From Phoronis australis (taxonomy: Eukaryota > Animalia > Phoronida), in assembly GCA_002633005.1 (NCBI GenBank), contig NMRA01000121.1, positions 408,434-472,433 on the forward strand: a stretch of DNA of 64,000 nt. The letters run 5' to 3'. Under the pieces are notes generated by a model. It searched no databases, was not told the origin of the DNA, and worked only from the letters and a program-made list of their open reading frames with translations. How positions within the stretch are numbered: position 1 is the first letter of the stretch; each line of letters begins with the position of its first letter. This document shows, in pieces, positions 1-12,300 of this stretch. Made by a program: the position numbers and the translations under genes.

Positions 1-477
1 ACGGCTTTTTCCAGGAAGTACCCACCCTGAGTGCGTAAACAAAATACCTTTCTTCCAAACGTTTAAATCAGCCGGGCTTCGTCTAAGTGTTTCCATTGTA
101 TTAAATCTGTTCTCACACCCCGGGGGGTTGTCTAGTTCTTAGTCACGAACTATTTTTCTTTCTCCACTGTCTGCCAGTTATCCATAGTGTGCAAATATTT
201 TCCCTATTTTGCTCGGCATTCTTTTCGTAAGTTTTCTCACACTCAAAGTCATTCTGTAAAATAACTAGCGACGCAATTGTCATGTGCATTTAATTAAACT
301 AACATTAAATAAAGGTTTCGTATGTCCACACCACGGTTTTACGTCCTGTTCGCTCTACAATACTGTCATCTAACAGGCGACAAAGTACGGAGAAATTTGC
401 ACGACAGCTCCATCGTCCGACTGGTCAGTTGCTCAGTGTTGTATAAAGTCAAAAATAAAAAGACTATTATCATTCGA

Positions 478-572
478 AAAGAGAAGAAGAGAAGAAGATG
501 GAATGGAGGAAGAAGAAGAGGGAGAAGAAGAGGAACAACAAGATGACGATGACGACGGTGATGATTATGATG
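478..572. repeat. (GAA)n/(GAT)n low-complexity trinucleotide tract
   Basis: Direct reading. Confidence 0.9.
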
Positions 573-1348
573 ATCCACACCATCGCCACTTCTCCAAGCA
601 TCGTCTTTTTCACCGCGCGTACAAAACAGAGATTCACCCATTCCACAAAAAACTCAAAAAGCAGCTACACCACGTACCCACTTAATTTACCGTATTTGAA
701 TTAACCCTTTCGTGGAAAATGCTACTAGTTTGGGTATCAGGAAGTACACAGCGTTCCGTTAACGAGAGTGAATGGAACGTAACTGTTTTAAATGGGTTCA
801 TGAAACACCTTTAATCTATTTCGCCTTGAGTAACAGTTCTTCTGTTCACTGTTAAAAGACGGAAGTGCTCGTTTCGTTGGTAAACTGAACGAATTTCACA
901 ATAATTGAAAACAAAACCACCAGTTGTTTTCCAGTAACCGAGTAATATCTCAACTTTCCAAACACACTTTGCGTGCAATCCAGCGTTATAGTAAACTCAT
1001 TCACGCTGACGTTCACGGAAGTATATGACTGAGAAGTCTTACTTCAAAATGTATGTAATGGGTTTATACTAATAACCGATATCACATCATGATTTAAACG
1101 CCCTTTCTCAATAAGTAGTTTTATCACTCAAGGCAGAAAACTTAGTTGATTTAAAAATGAATCCCAGTCTCGTGGCCGATAACCATATATTGAAATTAAA
1201 AAGTTTGTTTTTGAATCAGTCCCATTCTGTTTCTTACTGGGGAGCAATCGCTTCCGACATTTACTCCTTACTCTGCACAATTGTCCTGACTCTAGTCAAC
1301 CATGCTAGGCATGCGTTCAGTGACGCTAGAACCTAGCTAAAATATATC

Positions 1349-1438
1349 TAAAATCACGTGTTCTCGCTTAAAATATACAGCAATATCTCAAGTGATCTCG
1401 TGAAGTCTTGCTTATTAGCGAGGTCCTAGCATTACTGA
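1349..1438 (+). repeat. Dispersed repeat fragment
   Basis: AAAATCACGTGTTCTC...GAAGTCTTGCTT...CGAGG also at ~10567-10656. Confidence 0.65.
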
Positions 1439-1582
1439 ACGGGAGGTTGCTTTGTAGTTGCAACCCGTCATACATCTTATTTAGCTGTGTTGCGTCAGGT
1501 AAATTAATGACACACTTTTAAGCACAGCCAGGGCTTTTTCAGGAGTTGTTATTAATATTGCATGTCTGTTTAATCACCTTTA

Positions 1583-1666
1583 TATTATCATCGCCATCAC
1601 CATCACCATCACCATCACCATCATCATCATCATCATCTTCATCATCACCATCATCACCATCATCAC

Positions 1667-1703
<37 letters not shown>

Positions 1704-1810
1704 TTCATCATCATCACTATTATTATTATCATCATCATCATCACCATTATGATGATGATTATTATTACGATCATTATTAGTATTATTATGGTTATCATTA
1801 CTTCTATCAT
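1583..1810. repeat. (CAT)n/(TAT)n microsatellite
   Basis: Direct reading. Confidence 0.95.
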
Positions 1811-2135
1811 CTCATAAGCGGTGCAGCACTGAAGTAAGTGAGGTCTATAGCCCCCTTCAACCCCATATGGACCATGAGCGGCATAGCACTGAAAGAAGTG
1901 GTGGGAGGGGCTAAGTCCCCCAGTCCCCTATGGTGCGCCGCCCATGTATCTCCGTAGTTATTGTGGTCATGACTACCTCTTTAGACAACCCACATTTCCT
2001 TGGAAGAGTTGATAGACGAACATAAAATCTGTCGGTGCAGAAGTGGAACATAAAGATTAATAAACGAGACCTTAGTCGGATAAATACCGCATACATTGTA
2101 TATGCGGGTATTTAGGTCAGTGCTCGAACATTGTG

Positions 2136-2218
2136 TACACGCACGCACGCACGCATAAGCACACGCATACGCATGCACGCACACACACGCACACACACAC
2201 ACACATATATATATATAT
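2136..2218. repeat. (CA)n/(CACG)n/(TA)n microsatellite
   Basis: Direct reading. Confidence 0.9.
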
Positions 2219-5200
2219 CTGAAATTAAGCACATGTGCTCATTTGCAAAGCTGCTGAGTAAAAAAATTAAAAATCGCGTCATTCCGCGCAATGGCCTGAG
2301 TATGCGAATCAGTTTTGAGGCGGATATGACCACCCTAGCGTTGCTTTAATCAAATTTGTACAGCTCAGAGCTATTCATATTTTACATGAAATTCAATTTC
2401 CTACGAAAGTCAATTTTTACAAAACGTAACCGGCAGGTGTTCAAGCTGCTTTCGAAAACTTATTTTTTTCGTCAAACCACTGCAGATGGGCAAGTACCGT
2501 CTCAGTGGTGCCCGATGACCATGCCTCTGACGAAGCGCCATCTTTTGTCAGTATTTTCAAATAAGTTCTCTCGAACTAGCACCACCTGTGCTATTGCAGT
2601 GACTCCGGTTGTCCTCGGGAGTGTTTCATTTCCCAAGTGTATTTAGTTCCGTTCTCAGTCTTTCATGTTTCTCAGTATTGAGAGAGAATTAAAAAAAAAT
2701 CGAGTGTATGCTAGGACTCTGAGGAAGCTAGAATAGTTAGTGTAGTGTTATGAAATACTTCATGCTAAAAAAACTTGATGTCAACATAGACAAATGTTAA
2801 AATACATTAGTCGTTAAAAAGCACATTTCTTAATTTCCACTTTATCATATTTTTGCTTGTCTTCCAAAATCGAAGTTGATAATCACACAAGACAGAAACT
2901 GTCATACCAAGGTCTGCCTTTTCCTTTCACCTTTTTCAACATAACTTTCTGTCACGGATAAAAAAGCGAGAACAAATGAGCAATGAGATGTATCAATGCG
3001 CCTTTTCAAAATTTGCCGTAAAGATCGAAACCCATCTCATCATCTAGGATTACTGTATCTCGGACGCTTGAGTGCTTACTGGCAGGGCGATAATAGTCAC
3101 AAAATCTAAATTTGTGAGGATCAACGCTGGTGAACGATGATGGAATTTCGGAATACAGATTATCTGACATAGACCTAATTCACGCGGCGGACATTAAAAT
3201 CCAAAACGAGGCTCACTGCAATAAGGAGGCACTGAACAGTTCTCATAGGGATTTGCCTATCGGAACACACGTCAATGGACTCTTCACCCTTTCTTCACTC
3301 TGTCAAAAACTGCATGCAAATAAAGAAAAGTTTTGAGGCATTTCACAGCACAAGCCCTACAGATGAGCACAGAAACTTTGTTCTTTCTTGTATTTTTGAC
3401 CCCTTCATTCCCAGTGGAAACCAAGCTAGACTAAGAAAAATAAGGACAAAAAATGCAAAATCGGCACTTTTCACCCCAAAACCACCACTTCCCTGCCGAT
3501 GCTCGACTAAAGCCAACATTAGATTCCGAAAGCAAATTTCCTATCGATTCCAAAAATGTGGTCCAAGAGTACTGTCAGTAAACTAGTTTTTTTGCAAATC
3601 TGACCTGTTTGAGGGCTACCTGAAATCGCGGCCAATTTCTCAGCTGCTACACAGCAATGCACAACTGCAACAGGGGGCCACCATCTTGAAGAAAAATGCA
3701 ACTACAGCCAAGAAAGTGGCCTTTTTTAATTCTCAGAATGTTCACAAATAAAAACAAACCAAATTCACTTGGCCTACATACAATACCTAACTAAAAAATG
3801 CCCCCAAGCCTGGCCTAGCCCTAGATTTTAATATTTTGGCAGTGCAAATTGGCCGCGGCCGCAGTCTAACTGTTCAGTGCCACCTAAACAAAGCGGAAGT
3901 TGACATTGCGTGAGTTAAATGGCTGGTCTTGCGAGTCCAACCTGGATATTTAATCTTAAAAATGTGTCGATAATTAACCACAGAAAAATACATTAGAGAA
4001 CAAGTCAATGCACCAAAGTGTTGTCTGACGAAAGGATATTTTTTTTCGGAAAACTAGGTTCGAAATATTAAAAGTAAATATGACCAAAGTGCGGCGATCG
4101 TAGTGTTACGGATTCGGTATTATGGTAAATGCAGGGTTACATTTCTTCTTGTAAATTGTTGATAATACTTTCTACACGAACCAGGTCATCTGTTCGTATT
4201 GCTGACGAGTTGAAGATATATTCGACATTGGTGGCTCATCGCATTTTGCTGTCATGTGCGATTAGTCACATGGTTTAATTTGTCGATCAAGAACATCAAG
4301 CATAGCCTAGGTCCTGGTGAGGTAGGAACTACCGGGACTAACAGTTGATTTGCCATTGGTCTGAAAGAATAATTGATGTTATTAAATGTATTTTTATTAA
4401 AATAAAAAACCAGGCTAGTAACTAAAAATAAAAATTATTTGACCATCAGCTTTGCTGTCTTGGTTTTAATAATTCTTACGTCCCCCCAGTCTATTTCAGG
4501 TGCTACGTTTCAAATATCAATCTGGACCAAGTAGAATTCTAAAATTAAAACAACTAATTCGTTCGTCCAAAGCATAACCACGTTTCAGAGCTCAGTTTCA
4601 GTTAACTGGACGGAGCAAGCGTATTTATCATGTTTCTTTAGAGGCCTTGTTCATCCGATCGGGGAAAGGTGCCTGTGCCTTCTGAGAGGCGACTTTTTTT
4701 CGCCGACGGAGTGAGGAGAAAAATCTACCTCCCGATCACCAGATCAATAGCACTGACCCCCGCCCTTTTACAAACACTCATGGGCTCTGTCTCAAGTAGC
4801 ATTTTGTGCTCTTTCAAATTGTCACCTGTGTGGTTACTGGTGATTTCGAACTTCGAGAGAAATTTTCAATCACTATATAGGGGAATTTTTAGGCCTTGTG
4901 GGGGGAATTTCGCGTGATTTTTCAATATTTTTGACAGGGGAATAGGGACGATATTCGGTCCCAAAATCGAGGGATTGAGGGCCCTGTCCTTTTTGGAAAG
5001 AAAAATGTATCATGTTTCAACCCGTAGTCGTGAAAACAGCCTGGCTGGCCGAAGATTCTGCGGTCCGTATGATGCTCTGGCGGCAACCGAGATGCGACAA
5101 AATATGATCTAACTTCGAAAATATTTATCAATTTTAAACGGACATATTTTCCTTCGTCGTGGCGTATGGCAACAACCCAACGCTTTCGAAACCCAACGTC

Positions 5201-6169
5201 CGTAGGAACTGTATAACTGACAGTTGAATGTGCGTATTTTTTCTAGCCGTTCGAGCAATGCGTAATACAGCTATGCCGAATCCATCTGAGCCTTGTTTTG
5301 GAACGCGCCTCCTGTCGGCGTGAATTAGGTCTATAAGCAGTTTTTCTTATTTTGCTCAAGTGACTTAAACACCGCTTGTCGAATGGGATTTGACTCTTCA
5401 TGTCCAGCAAGGCGTTTGGCTACGACCCCGGGGTTCCATGCTTGATTCCACGCTGAGACTAAAAATTACTTTTCTCACGATATGGTAAATAGTAAAGTTT
5501 GCCGAAACACGGCAAGATCTATCGTTTTATAACAAAAAAGTCAAGATTGTCGTGCTGTCTCTGGTAGATGTAATTCCAGATAAAGGCGCGTCTTCACTTG
5601 TTGTTGCACGGGCCTAAACACACACGCACACACGTTTGGCATAAAACCGGAGACTTGGAAAATGAATTTTATCATTCTTGGGGCTCAAAAGGTATAATAC
5701 TGTGAGTGAGACATGCACGTATTCTGCAGTACGAATGTAATTAGTACATTCTGGGTTACAAATGTAGCACTTGATGTTGCATTGGTTTGCTCAACAAAAC
5801 GAGTTTCGATGACTTGTGAGTGATTGCTCTGTATCTATGGTAGTTTCCCACTGAATCTGCGTCTTCACTTTGGTAAAATATTGACATGTTTTGCAATGAA
5901 GTGACGCAGCATTATTGCACTTTTGATGTTGAATAAGTGGTTAGCTGTTCAATCCTCATGTTTTAATAACTTGTAGTATGATAGTACAAATATCCAACAT
6001 ATGTACACAAAATGCATTGCATTGATAAGTTATTTTTTCCCTTTATCAATTACCACAGCTTATCTGTTGATAAAAATCACATTGAAACAAAACTTCATAA
6101 CAAAAAGCAAACGTATTAAATCGATGGTTGCCATCACATATACATGTAAACCAACAACGCCAAATTTAT

Positions 6170-6315
6170 CTACACCGTGGTATCCGCCGGTGGGTGGCGC
6201 TTAACGATTGGGGGGAGTTTCGTTGGAGGCGTCAAACTTGACTCAAGGTTGGCTGGCGGTGAGGAGATGGGGTCCAGACGTGATCGAGGAACCCTGTCTT
6301 CAGCGTCGTAGTTAC
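6170..6315 (-). CDS. Patatin gene terminal exon 12 (Pro-rich tail)
   Basis: Phase-1 acceptor gives GNYDAEDRVPRSRLDPISSPPANLESSLTPPTKLPPIVKRHPPADTTV*. Confidence 0.7.
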
Positions 6316-9300
6316 CTGCATTGAAAAACAATAACGGTTAGCCTGTGACTACACTAGCGTATCTAGGCCAGCACGTTGACCATTAGCCTTTGTCTCGTTA
6401 TATAACTTTGCTGAATGAAATTAGACTTTATTCTGTCATTAACGACAGTTTACACCAATACAACATCGGGTCTCCTTTCTCAATTCTAAGTGCATACCAG
6501 GGTAGGAGCCAGGGGTGGGGGGCAGGGCAGAGTATTAGCCAAGAAAGTGCCCGCCAGACATTCGCACCCCCGAACTGTTAAATGGAATTTGGGAGAATTT
6601 TAGGGGGGCATGGCCCCCTTGGCCCCCTCTAAATGCGCCACTGCATGCAACGTATTTTGAAATACGTCACAGCTGCAGAAGTTACGCACGTTAATTAGTA
6701 GGCCCTACCTCGGTGCAGTCAGTTGACAGGTCACTGACAAGTGATAAAAATGTTTTCAAATGACGTGACAGTGGATGGAAATGACGCCATAAAACAATAT
6801 CATAAGGTGTGCTTACCGATATTTTTCGTTGTAGTATTCTCTGGGGATTTCTCTAAGGTCTCTGGAGATTCCTCTACTATCTTTGGGGGATTTTTTGTTT
6901 GAACATAATGACGCAGATACGACTTTGTCGCCCTAGCACCTTGCTGAAATAGAAAAGGTCAATTTTGGTTTGGATGGGGCACAGGGCTCTCACGGCCTCT
7001 CCAAAAATTTGAGCGGCTTGAGCAACGTGTGTGATCGATATTGCATGGGCGGCGCAGCGCTGAAATAAGTGGGTTGGGAAGCTGTAGCCCCCTATGGTGC
7101 GCCACCCATGTACTGGTAAGCTAACTTGGACGTTAGTTTGCTTCATACGATTAATCTTTATTCACGCGCTCCGTTTGAGTCAAGATCTTGCACCCGTTTC
7201 AGATCGACACACTTCCTCAACCACGCACTTAACTTTCCTATCCACTATTAGCGAAACTTCCTCATCACTTAATAGGCCTACTGCACCCCAGACCCATGCT
7301 TACTTAATGAAGACAAACTCTTCAGTTCACTTCATTAAAAATGTCGTGACTTTTTAAAAGTAAACTAATATGTATCACGACGTATTTCAAACTGATCCTG
7401 CATCAAAATATCAATCTTTTTTTAAATGACAATAATTAAGTATGAATAGACTTTCATTTTTATTGCGGATGGTTAATGCAAAAACGGTGTTGTAATTTAC
7501 GAAATATACAATTCCTTTTCCAGCGATATCTTGCGGTTGTCGAAACTCATATATTCCTGGTTGGTGAAAACAAAGGAAATAGTGACTTTAAGGAATCAGT
7601 GGTAAACGTAGCTAACAGCGGCCTAGTCAAGATTTGATTACCTGGTGCTACCTTACCTCAACAAGAAATTTCTTGTCACCCACTTCCATATCGTAGTCGT
7701 TAGTATCGATGTAATCTGTGTTGATGCCAATAGTTCTCTCAACGTCTCGTTTCTGAGAAAGTGGAGTTAACATAACGGTAAAGATCGCAAACGAGCACTG
7801 TGCATTTATCAACGCGCTTTAAAAATACACAACTAGCCGTGTTTCCTTTAACTGAACTGGTAGCAGTTGAAGTGACACAGGTTGTATATTAGATGCCTTC
7901 AGGGCTGGGTTGCATAAAATTTTGAANAGTGACGTGACAGTGGATGGAAATGACGCCATAAAACAATATCATAAGGTGTGCTTACCGATATTTTTCGTTG
8001 TAGTATTCTCTGGGGATTTCTCTAAGGTCTCTGGAGATTCCTCTACAATCTTTGAGGGATTTTTTGTTTGAACATAATGACGCAGATACGACTTTGTCGC
8101 CCTAGCACCTTGCTGAAATAGAAAACGGCCAATTTTGGTTTGGATGGGGCACAGGGCTCTCACGGCCTCTCCAAAAATTTGAGCGGCTTGAGCAACGTGT
8201 GTGATCGATATTGCATGGGCGGCGCAGCGCTGAAATAAGTGGGTTGGGAAGCTGTAGCCCCCTATGGTGCGCACGTGTATTGGTAAGCTAACTTGGACGT
8301 TAGTTTGCTTCATACGAATAACCTTTATTCACGCGCTCCGTTTGAGTCAAGATCTTGCACCCATTTCTGATCGATACACTTCCTCAACCACGCACTTAAC
8401 TTCCCTAATCAAATCCACTCTTAGCAAAACTTCCTTATCACTTAATAGGCCTACTGCACCCCAGACCCATGCTTACAAGCTTAATGAAGACAAACTCTTC
8501 AGTTCATTTATTAAAAATGTCGTGACTTTTTAAAAGTAAACTAATTTGTATCACGACGTATTTCAAACTGATCTTGCATCAAAATATCAATCTTTTTTTA
8601 AATGACAATAATTAAGTATGAATAGAGTTTCATTTTTATTGCTGATGGTTAATGCAAAAACGGTGTTGTAATTTACGAAATATACAATTCCTTTTCTAGA
8701 GATATCTTGCGGTTGTCGAAACTCATATATTCCTGGTTGGTGAAAACAAAGGAAATAGTGACTTTAAGGAATCAGTGGTAAACGTAGCTAACAGCGGCCT
8801 AGTCAAGATTTGATTACCTGGTGCTACCTTACCTCAACAAGAAATTTCTTGTCACCCACTTCCATATCGTAGTCGTTAGTATCGATGTAATCTGTGTTGA
8901 TGCCAATAGTTCTCTCAACGTCTCGTTTCTGAGAAAGTGGAGTTAACATAACGGTAAAGATCGCAAACGAGCACTGTGCATTTATCAACGCGCTTTAAAA
9001 ATACACAACTAGCCGTGTTTCCTTTAACTGAACTGGTAGCAGTTGAAGTGACACAGGTTGTATATTAGATGCCTTCAGGGCTGGGTTGCATAAAATTTTG
9101 AAACCTATCCAGAGCACTGTATATACAGCAGCAGCGTGGTAAGCGCCTGTGTTGCAAGATGCTACTGTTGGTATCCAGACAGTATCATCTATGTAACAGG
9201 TTCTGGTACGAAACTACTATAGAATAAGAAACACTGGAAACGAAACGAGTTTTCAGGAAAATAGGGCTTGTAACTGTGATGCTCAAAGGTATGTCACTGA

Positions 9301-12300
9301 AAAACGATCTACGTTTCCAATGATGTCAGTTGACCTGGCCGCACTTGTTCATTTGGCGAAGGACAGTCCTGCTGAACTAAGGTTTCTGGGTGCCCTTAAA
9401 CAATAAAAAGTGTGAGTCTGCGCTCTTGAGGTTCTCTCGGTCGTTACAATATTTCATCCACCCGGACACAATTTTCCCCCTTGGTTGCCACAATTTTTCA
9501 GCCTCGGTCGCCACACTCTGAGAGTTAACCAGTGGTTACTACGATTGTACCCCCTGTTCGATGTGACTTTCTGGGCGATCGTATTTTCTATTGCAGCTTA
9601 TTTAGCTTAATCATGGGCGGCGCAGCACTGAAAAAGTGGGGATTATATTCCCTCCCAGCCTCCTGTGGTGCGCCGCCTATGTTAATGCCTATTGCGCCAT
9701 TGAAGGAAAGTGTTACAGTAATTTCTTGGCTATCCTGAGAGACCTGTGTACTCTTACGTATCCACTACCTAGCAATACGACATATTTTGTCTCAAGAGAA
9801 AGTAATTACGTTTTATTAAAGGATTAGGTGCTGTGCTTACCTGAATGAAAATTCTCTTGACGTTGACTAATAGAGTGTCCTGTAGCGCGACGAAAAAGGA
9901 CATCACGCCTCGTACCTCTCGCCTCTCGTAACCACGGAAACGAGACTGGATATGCACACCTTTCTTTTCGATAAACTTTACAAGTTCATGATAACTTATC
10001 TGAAATGAGCGCGTATTCCTTTGTTATGTGCATGTATATTCAGTGGAGAAATTTAGGCTGGAAAGCACAGAATAATGGATACTAACGTGCCACACCAAGG
10101 CCTTGTGTTGCAACACAACCCAAGATTGAGTCAGTTGAAAGTTGTTTGTAATAAACGTTTTAAATAAGTAATGGAGTGAATACTACATCTGAAGGAAGAT
10201 TATTTAAGTGGTATTAACCTGAAGTATATTATCTTATTCGGTAAGACTTATCCGACCAAAACCTAACTTGAACGGCAACGATTACATGTAGAAGACAAAT
10301 GACGAAACACGATACCTCTCCATTTTTGTCGATGTCCATTATATCAAGAACTTGATCGATTGTCACGCCATTCCCAAACAACAGTTCCCTGTGTGCCTTG
10401 GTGAATTTAGAATCCTACAACAACACAAGAGATTAAGAGTCAAATGAGCTGCATAAACAACGATGAACAGGGAAATTGAATAAAATGATCAACTAAATAC
10501 CAATACACGGTATATTAAGCCCAGAGAAGAGTTCAGTAGCTGTCTTACGGCAACAAAAATCTAACCAAAATCACGTGTTCTCATTCAAAATACAGGGCAA
10601 TATCTTGCATGATCTCGCGAAGTCTTGCTTTTCTATCGAGGCCCCAGCGTTATTGACCTCTACCCTGTTTGAGCGCTGTTTATGTGACGTGGCTATTACG
10701 TTCGGACATCGAATTTGTCGAATGTTTTGATTTAATTTTGCGAGGGGAACAAAAATGGTGTCGCGAAGTACGGCAAGTCAACATAAGTTGTTTTCTATGG
10801 TTGTACTGTGGTCGTACTGTGGTCGTACTGTGGTCGTAGAGGAGGTCATTTTGGCCCAATATACCGCTTCACAATGACTATCTTACTTTGGAAGTTGGCT
10901 ATTTTTTGACACTCTTGTTGTTCATACGTTCATATTATTTCGATTACTTTAATTTGGCTATCGTGTCCTTTTATGTTTTGCTTTATGTCTTGCTGTGATT
11001 TATTTTATCTTTTTATGCTGTTGCATGCCATCGTACACGGTTTTAACTGGAACCAGGAGATGTACACTGGTCCTCACTGACCGGGCAAGCCAGACTAATA
11101 AAGAATAAGTCACACCATCATGCCTGTGACCAAAGACAGTCACACTAAAACTTGAATCACGCTTTGAAGATCAAATAGCGCTATAAGAATTGACTTGGCT
11201 TGTCACTTCCTACCAAAATGATTGGGGAAACGGGTGTGAATGTTTTTAAACCAAGAACGATGAATGTGATGTAATTATTTAGGCACGAAATTCCAAAACT
11301 GACGTTTTAAGGACCAGTCAAGGGCCATTTATGATAGATGTCGTATCTGCAAAATACTACCTTGGAAAATGCCAGCACATAAATGTCTAACCAACGCAGA
11401 TAAGAATCCAAGTTAACATTATTGTGGTGGTAGTTTAGGTATAGTCTCGTTCTTCGGGCTGTTGCTTGTCATGAAAAAGGTAAATTCAATTAAAGGAAAG
11501 CGACGCTTTGTTGTCCACATGGAGCTATTCGAGCGCGGATATAGGAACTCGACCAGAGGTGAAATCCGACAATGGACTAGCTTATAGGAAGCCATGTTTA
11601 CATCAAAGAAAATGTGACTGAGGCCGAGTTCGTCCTAAACCTATGGACTCTTCTTCCGATCTGCCCCAGGTATACCCAAATATAATTTCAACTCATCTAA
11701 GTACGAGAATCAACCACTATAGCAGAGACAATGAGAAACGAAGAGCTATGATGACCTACTGATTTTTCGAGAGCATTCTTCAGTTCTTCACGGTCGATAT
11801 TATCATCTTGATCCAAATTATTACGGGTTAACGCGCGCATGAATCTGTCGGCTGCTGTCACCACTTCGAAATGTTCTTCTTCCATCTTGACACGCTTACT
11901 TTCTTCTTCTGTTCTGAATCTACAAAGCAAGTGTTGCACTTTTATTGAGGAAATCATCAACGAAGGACAATGTTCTTTACTTCAAGCCCTGTTTGGAGAC
12001 TTAAGTGGAGGCGCTCACCCACCTCCTCCCACGTTTCTTACGAAAATGGATTCTTAAGATTCTATGCTGCTCAAAATAAAACACAGATCAAACTCTACAG
12101 AAAAATATGCTACACAGGTCTGGGAAATAGTTACTTATAGGATCCCGCATTTTGAGAACCAGTTTCTCCACTCAGTGAATAACGGGTAACAAACTGGTTC
12201 TCAAAATCCGAGTTTAACCGCGGAATATATTTACAAAGATATACCTTGCTAAGGGAGTGTCTGGTCTCGGTTGTGGCGTGACGTCGGTTCTACTTTCAAG

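Larger units (their letters stand above)
6761..9102. repeat. Tandem duplication of ~1.17 kb around a single N (7927); probable uncollapsed haplotype overlap
   Basis: 6761-7926 and 7930-9102 nearly identical, with scattered SNPs and indels. Confidence 0.9.

Noticed and set aside
322-2349. ORFs with poly-E/D, poly-S, poly-M and HT/CV repeats
   Set aside because: Translations of trinucleotide and dinucleotide microsatellites; no splice or domain support.
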